Source: a virus (taxonomy: Duplodnaviria; Caudoviricetes). From it: a DNA stretch of 26,444 nucleotides. Shown here in pieces: positions 25,901-26,444 of the stretch. Location of the stretch: positions 1-26,444 of IMG/VR virus record IMGVR_UViG_3300010220_000006, one strand, 5' to 3'. Position 1 is the stretch's first letter, and each line of letters begins with the position of its first letter. A program made the translations under genes and the position numbers. The notes below the pieces were generated by a model, which was not told where the DNA came from, made no database searches, and was given only the letters and a program-made list of their open reading frames with translations.

Positions 25901-26444
25901 CTCTATCTGCTTGTCGGTAAGAATGGTGTCTTTAGCGATCTCGCCGGATATGGTTTGCAACTCATCCTGTGTACGCGCGGACTGGATACGCTGCATGTAG
26001 CTTTCGTAAGCACCCCTTCTTGCGTCTCTCGCATCCTTTCCTGGCGCCGTCGCAAGTTGTATCAACTGCTGCCCAGCCTCATACAGGCGCTGGTCGCCCT
26101 TTAGTCTCGAAACGTCTAACTTCAGGCGACTTACATTCACACTCTCGCCGGCCATCAACTTCTTTCCAGCCTCGACGACGCGATCATAATTGGCGAGTCG
26201 ATTCATCTCCTGAGCCGCTGAGCGGCGTTTCACGATGCCCTCCAATACAGAGCGTGCCTGATAGTTCGTTCTCTTCTCTAACGATTCAGCATGAGTTTCT
26301 GAAACCTGTTTCCCATCGCCCATCGCCTGCACTATCTCTTCGACGGACGGGAGTTGATCGGCTATTGGAGTGTCAGGTCGTCCATCGGGTATTCCAGCAT
26401 CCAGATCAATTCCATCGCTTGGTTCAAGTGTTCCGGCACTATCA
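16937..26444 (-). CDS. Giant polyvalent (probably virion-injected) protein, 5'-truncated; LPD5/LPD1-like, EVQSDW domain, metallopeptidase, ADP-ribosyltransferase-like and LPD38-like modules
   Basis: The frame stays open from 26332 to the window edge (>3160 aa). Motifs KIEDFGEK, FGFRGIEWGNW...LAHEWFH, FYSQL...EVQSDW, LHETLGHYG, FRKWFGDSKVVD...VVYHGT, NLTVNFNRKG...IPMPLGY. Domain names are from motif recognition, not a search. Confidence 0.88.
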   Translation of the reverse strand, partial: DSAGTLEPSDGIDLDAGIPDGRPDTPIADQLPSVEEIVQAMGDGKQVSETHAESLEKRTNYQARSVLEGIVKRRSAAQEMNRLANYDRVVEAGKKLMAGESVNVSRLKLDVSRLKGDQRLYEAGQQLIQLATAPGKDARDARRGAYESYMQRIQSARTQDELQTISGEIAKDTILTDKQIEELDDRAMSAMDSIDTQVEQLSGEQQQKEANDGLQEGRRQTQVSQAGDGTAAEQQVAIERYGLPADTTFKEGKGLAAGKWIAQSGEASSNPNESIDAAAADLKKWLDQNRRAEDAEAKKRETAQTVAEKLRRGEQPTDAELKLLFGLEDGWTYVKQPAVGWFLVEYMGVPRHKIRASLGKAAGTVTSDSGTKYPIVYPRKLHEVFAEVAQAGSETANVASAAPGEAKASKGVGKESAEDRKAENRRKASERMKERQRRLRIVDPAKDTMLVAMAKVGGFRKGMPNETDIKASLGIEKNQNLRVNIGGGFAWLFTKDGLSISQMAERMHEYGYIDAPDEASLEESLAEYRGENHSYAYVPEYAEAIEQITGEVTQPELEEATTWAQASEEVQDLSSSILDDMNWHMLLESIAAEDEVLASISARVQNRIEEFEQELGEYYAELERENEAGFSQGDTGTARAGNEDSQRSSGKQSQEDDAGTRQTQDQEVTDLLGDNTASRQALADAERAKDERRNSGESDTTDFVLTGSDRPADQAAARGARDLFSEPAKQAQPTDVKAPEQAQSDEAVDQSASELDKAKEALQAAGVKGKEYLDTIKDVRQGNLTADEVAEAHGQKIEDFGEKMAGARKDMVAAARKEWSDEDLATQPLSKIWPIGDINAIEDPYMAAWSFAARAEIPSKPRKSYKVSRWVESVKSLRSINKMALDGLITKELIKDRLKSFPGLEKFEAKVRLLEQLPRDQWKRIGNVAEWPNAYTYDADGKKIPKPQVSVDIDGRHKSFPVSTVEDAVNEVNELLGVAAPEKKMEFQVRGRQGNWHVYKAGDSAYHKLSDSFSDSKDAFAFIKNNYADLVAAWESVKERENVKKTDVRSKDNKPRTGQDWRKGKDVTPEQFAEQFGFRGIEWGNWVNQGKGAKERQGMLNQAYDALMDLADIVKIPPKAISLNGTLGLAFGSRGHGWASAHYEPGNLVINLTKTRGAGNLAHEWFHGLDNYFQRMRPDFSLAGRHLGYITYAPENYYVYKDGNTRLPEADYKLMAAGEKGRRGQRFVGKFNPDDWTLIEGVRPVVAEAFADLVKALNESPMTGRARAIDGSASDGYWSRIIERAARSFENYVIHKMRLNGYDNDYLANVVSPEDFPRDADRYPYLIEGEIQPVADAFDNLFSTIETKETDTGVALFSRSGTSAPIFYSQLARGIDSAKFESAPAAQWKLWIQGNAGKLGVKKDEIQWTGITDWLDLQTGKVSKADIQAYLDGNGVQVTDVMLSEDNLPALPDGWQVERQPNGEYYLLDDEGEVVSEGDTERDAIENGIDPDELEDRRESAGKPKYAQYTVPGGENYKELLLTLPEVVPIPSAQEARRQELEGKNNRGEISKSEFKELLELRKTTPRADERANFRSSHFDQPNILAHVRFDERTDADGNRVLFIQEVQSDWSQDLRKGKTGVKTPYGDTKAWVALAVKRMMRYAAENGFDKVSFINGQQAADLYDLSKQVDSIEVRPYKTYREITVNHSGGSFPSTINNEGIVTNGQGEGKPLDEVVGKEIAEKIMRMTERGSLSGVDLKVGGEGMRTFYDQIVPQVVNDVLKKVGGGKVESIGIEKSGNNYSVIEENGTFYVVEKSDPDSEYGQYATREQAQADVDRRNNGGKQPGFTITPDMREKIMSGLPLFGRQFSGSGMAVADVERTVNRIRAGWKNAPEIIVVDNMSDSRIRKAVREENERQMSQGAEGEPEGFFDAGKVYVVASALNSERDVVRVVLHETLGHYGLRGVFGDQLKPILNQVSIARRKDVLAKAKSYGLDIKNERDRLIAAEEVLAEMAQTNPQIGFVKRAIAAIRSWLRGIGVNLRMSDNDIIAQFIIPARQWVMRGGGKAALDGASFSRGPSGVTETPAFRKWFGDSKVVDADGKPLVVYHGTTGDLSAFDLAFSGADGVAYDRPAIFATDDARVASDYALNKRNRNIADAGRAWQRYKNENPGDYGEEYERLFQAYRAAGRKEGWNLGVGANVMPLYMSIQDPLVVDGGGQRFMQVMPDAVKQAFEQGRDGLIVRNVIDHASPVSEYPATVYVAFRPEQIKSATGNQGTFDSANPDIRFSRQQRLMPSWDSPETSKIDDVIYALQDKNIDLKRVTQAINETGAEIDDRWDAYLQEELFHGRSAKRTQEFIKNELEPLIEEMRMRGVTMQDFEHYLWARHAEERNEQIAKINPDMPDGGSGITTQEARDYLSSLDPQKRKHYEALAKRVDAITHKTRQTLVDYGLESASTIATWNKAYKNYVPLMREEMDTGFAGTGQGYSVRGKESKRAMGSRLGVVDILANIAQQRERAIIRGEKNRVATALVGMATLNPLSEFWQVNKIPTIRYVNERTNQVEERPDPNYKNRPNVVVAKVVNKRGEIVEHAVVFNEFNERAMRMAASIKNLDVDDLSTLAGWFAPITRYFASINTQYNPVFGIINIIRDVQGAVLNLESTPLKGMQREVLAYTGSALKGIYQEVRARRSGEKVSGEWSELWEEFESQGAKTGYRDLYRNAKVRSENMQRALDPEWWQKKTWGKVISAGGLLAAPQQFLVSKPGKALFNWLSDYNETLENAVRLAAYKKGLELGLSKQRAASIAKNLTVNFNRKGAWGREIGALYAFYNASIQGTARIAETILKRDADGNYRMTPAGRAIVYGGLLLGSMQALALAAAGYDDDEPPEFVRDRNLIIPLDFFGVEKKYISIPMPLGYNAIPATGRILTEWALDGFEDTPERIAHLLEVYMDMFNPIGYSGLSMQTLTPTALDPVAALTENKDWTGQPIARKDFSSLDPSPGHTRAKDTASAFARGLSYGLNKLSGGSEFAPGVISPTPDQIDYLIGQLSGGVGREYLKTEQTATALVTGEALPTYKIPIVGRFYGDARSSGAQGGKFYNNITRMNTHQREIMGRLQAGEDIEKYLKDNPEAELFQHADRVYGAVQKMRKHKRMMQAAGASRAEIAQIESEITELMASFNEEVRKLNER

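Overview
Part of a temperate lambdoid phage genome, most likely in its excised (circular) form because an intact attP lies between phage genes. The attP core matches the 3' end of a tRNA-Leu, suggesting a betaproteobacterial host (inference). From right to left: a giant polyvalent, probably virion-injected protein (>3100 aa, 5'-truncated by the window edge); tyrosine integrase, attP and xis; the PL early operon (RecT, YqaJ exonuclease, SSB, Gp49-like protein); an immunity region (cI/cro, five 15-bp operators, three membrane/lipoprotein genes, a 46-bp IS200/IS605-end remnant); and the PR operon (RHH regulator, O- and P-like replication genes with iteron-like repeats, HNH endonuclease, a C5 methyltransferase with an overprinted beta-subunit-like ORF). 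The stand-out feature is at 4-3086. The distal PR operon is organised as an integron gene-cassette array: six canonical attC sites delimit five cassettes, three of them DNA methyltransferases. Every gene is inverted relative to normal cassette polarity and most stop codons come from the attC. No integron integrase is in the window, and the array probably continues past the left edge.
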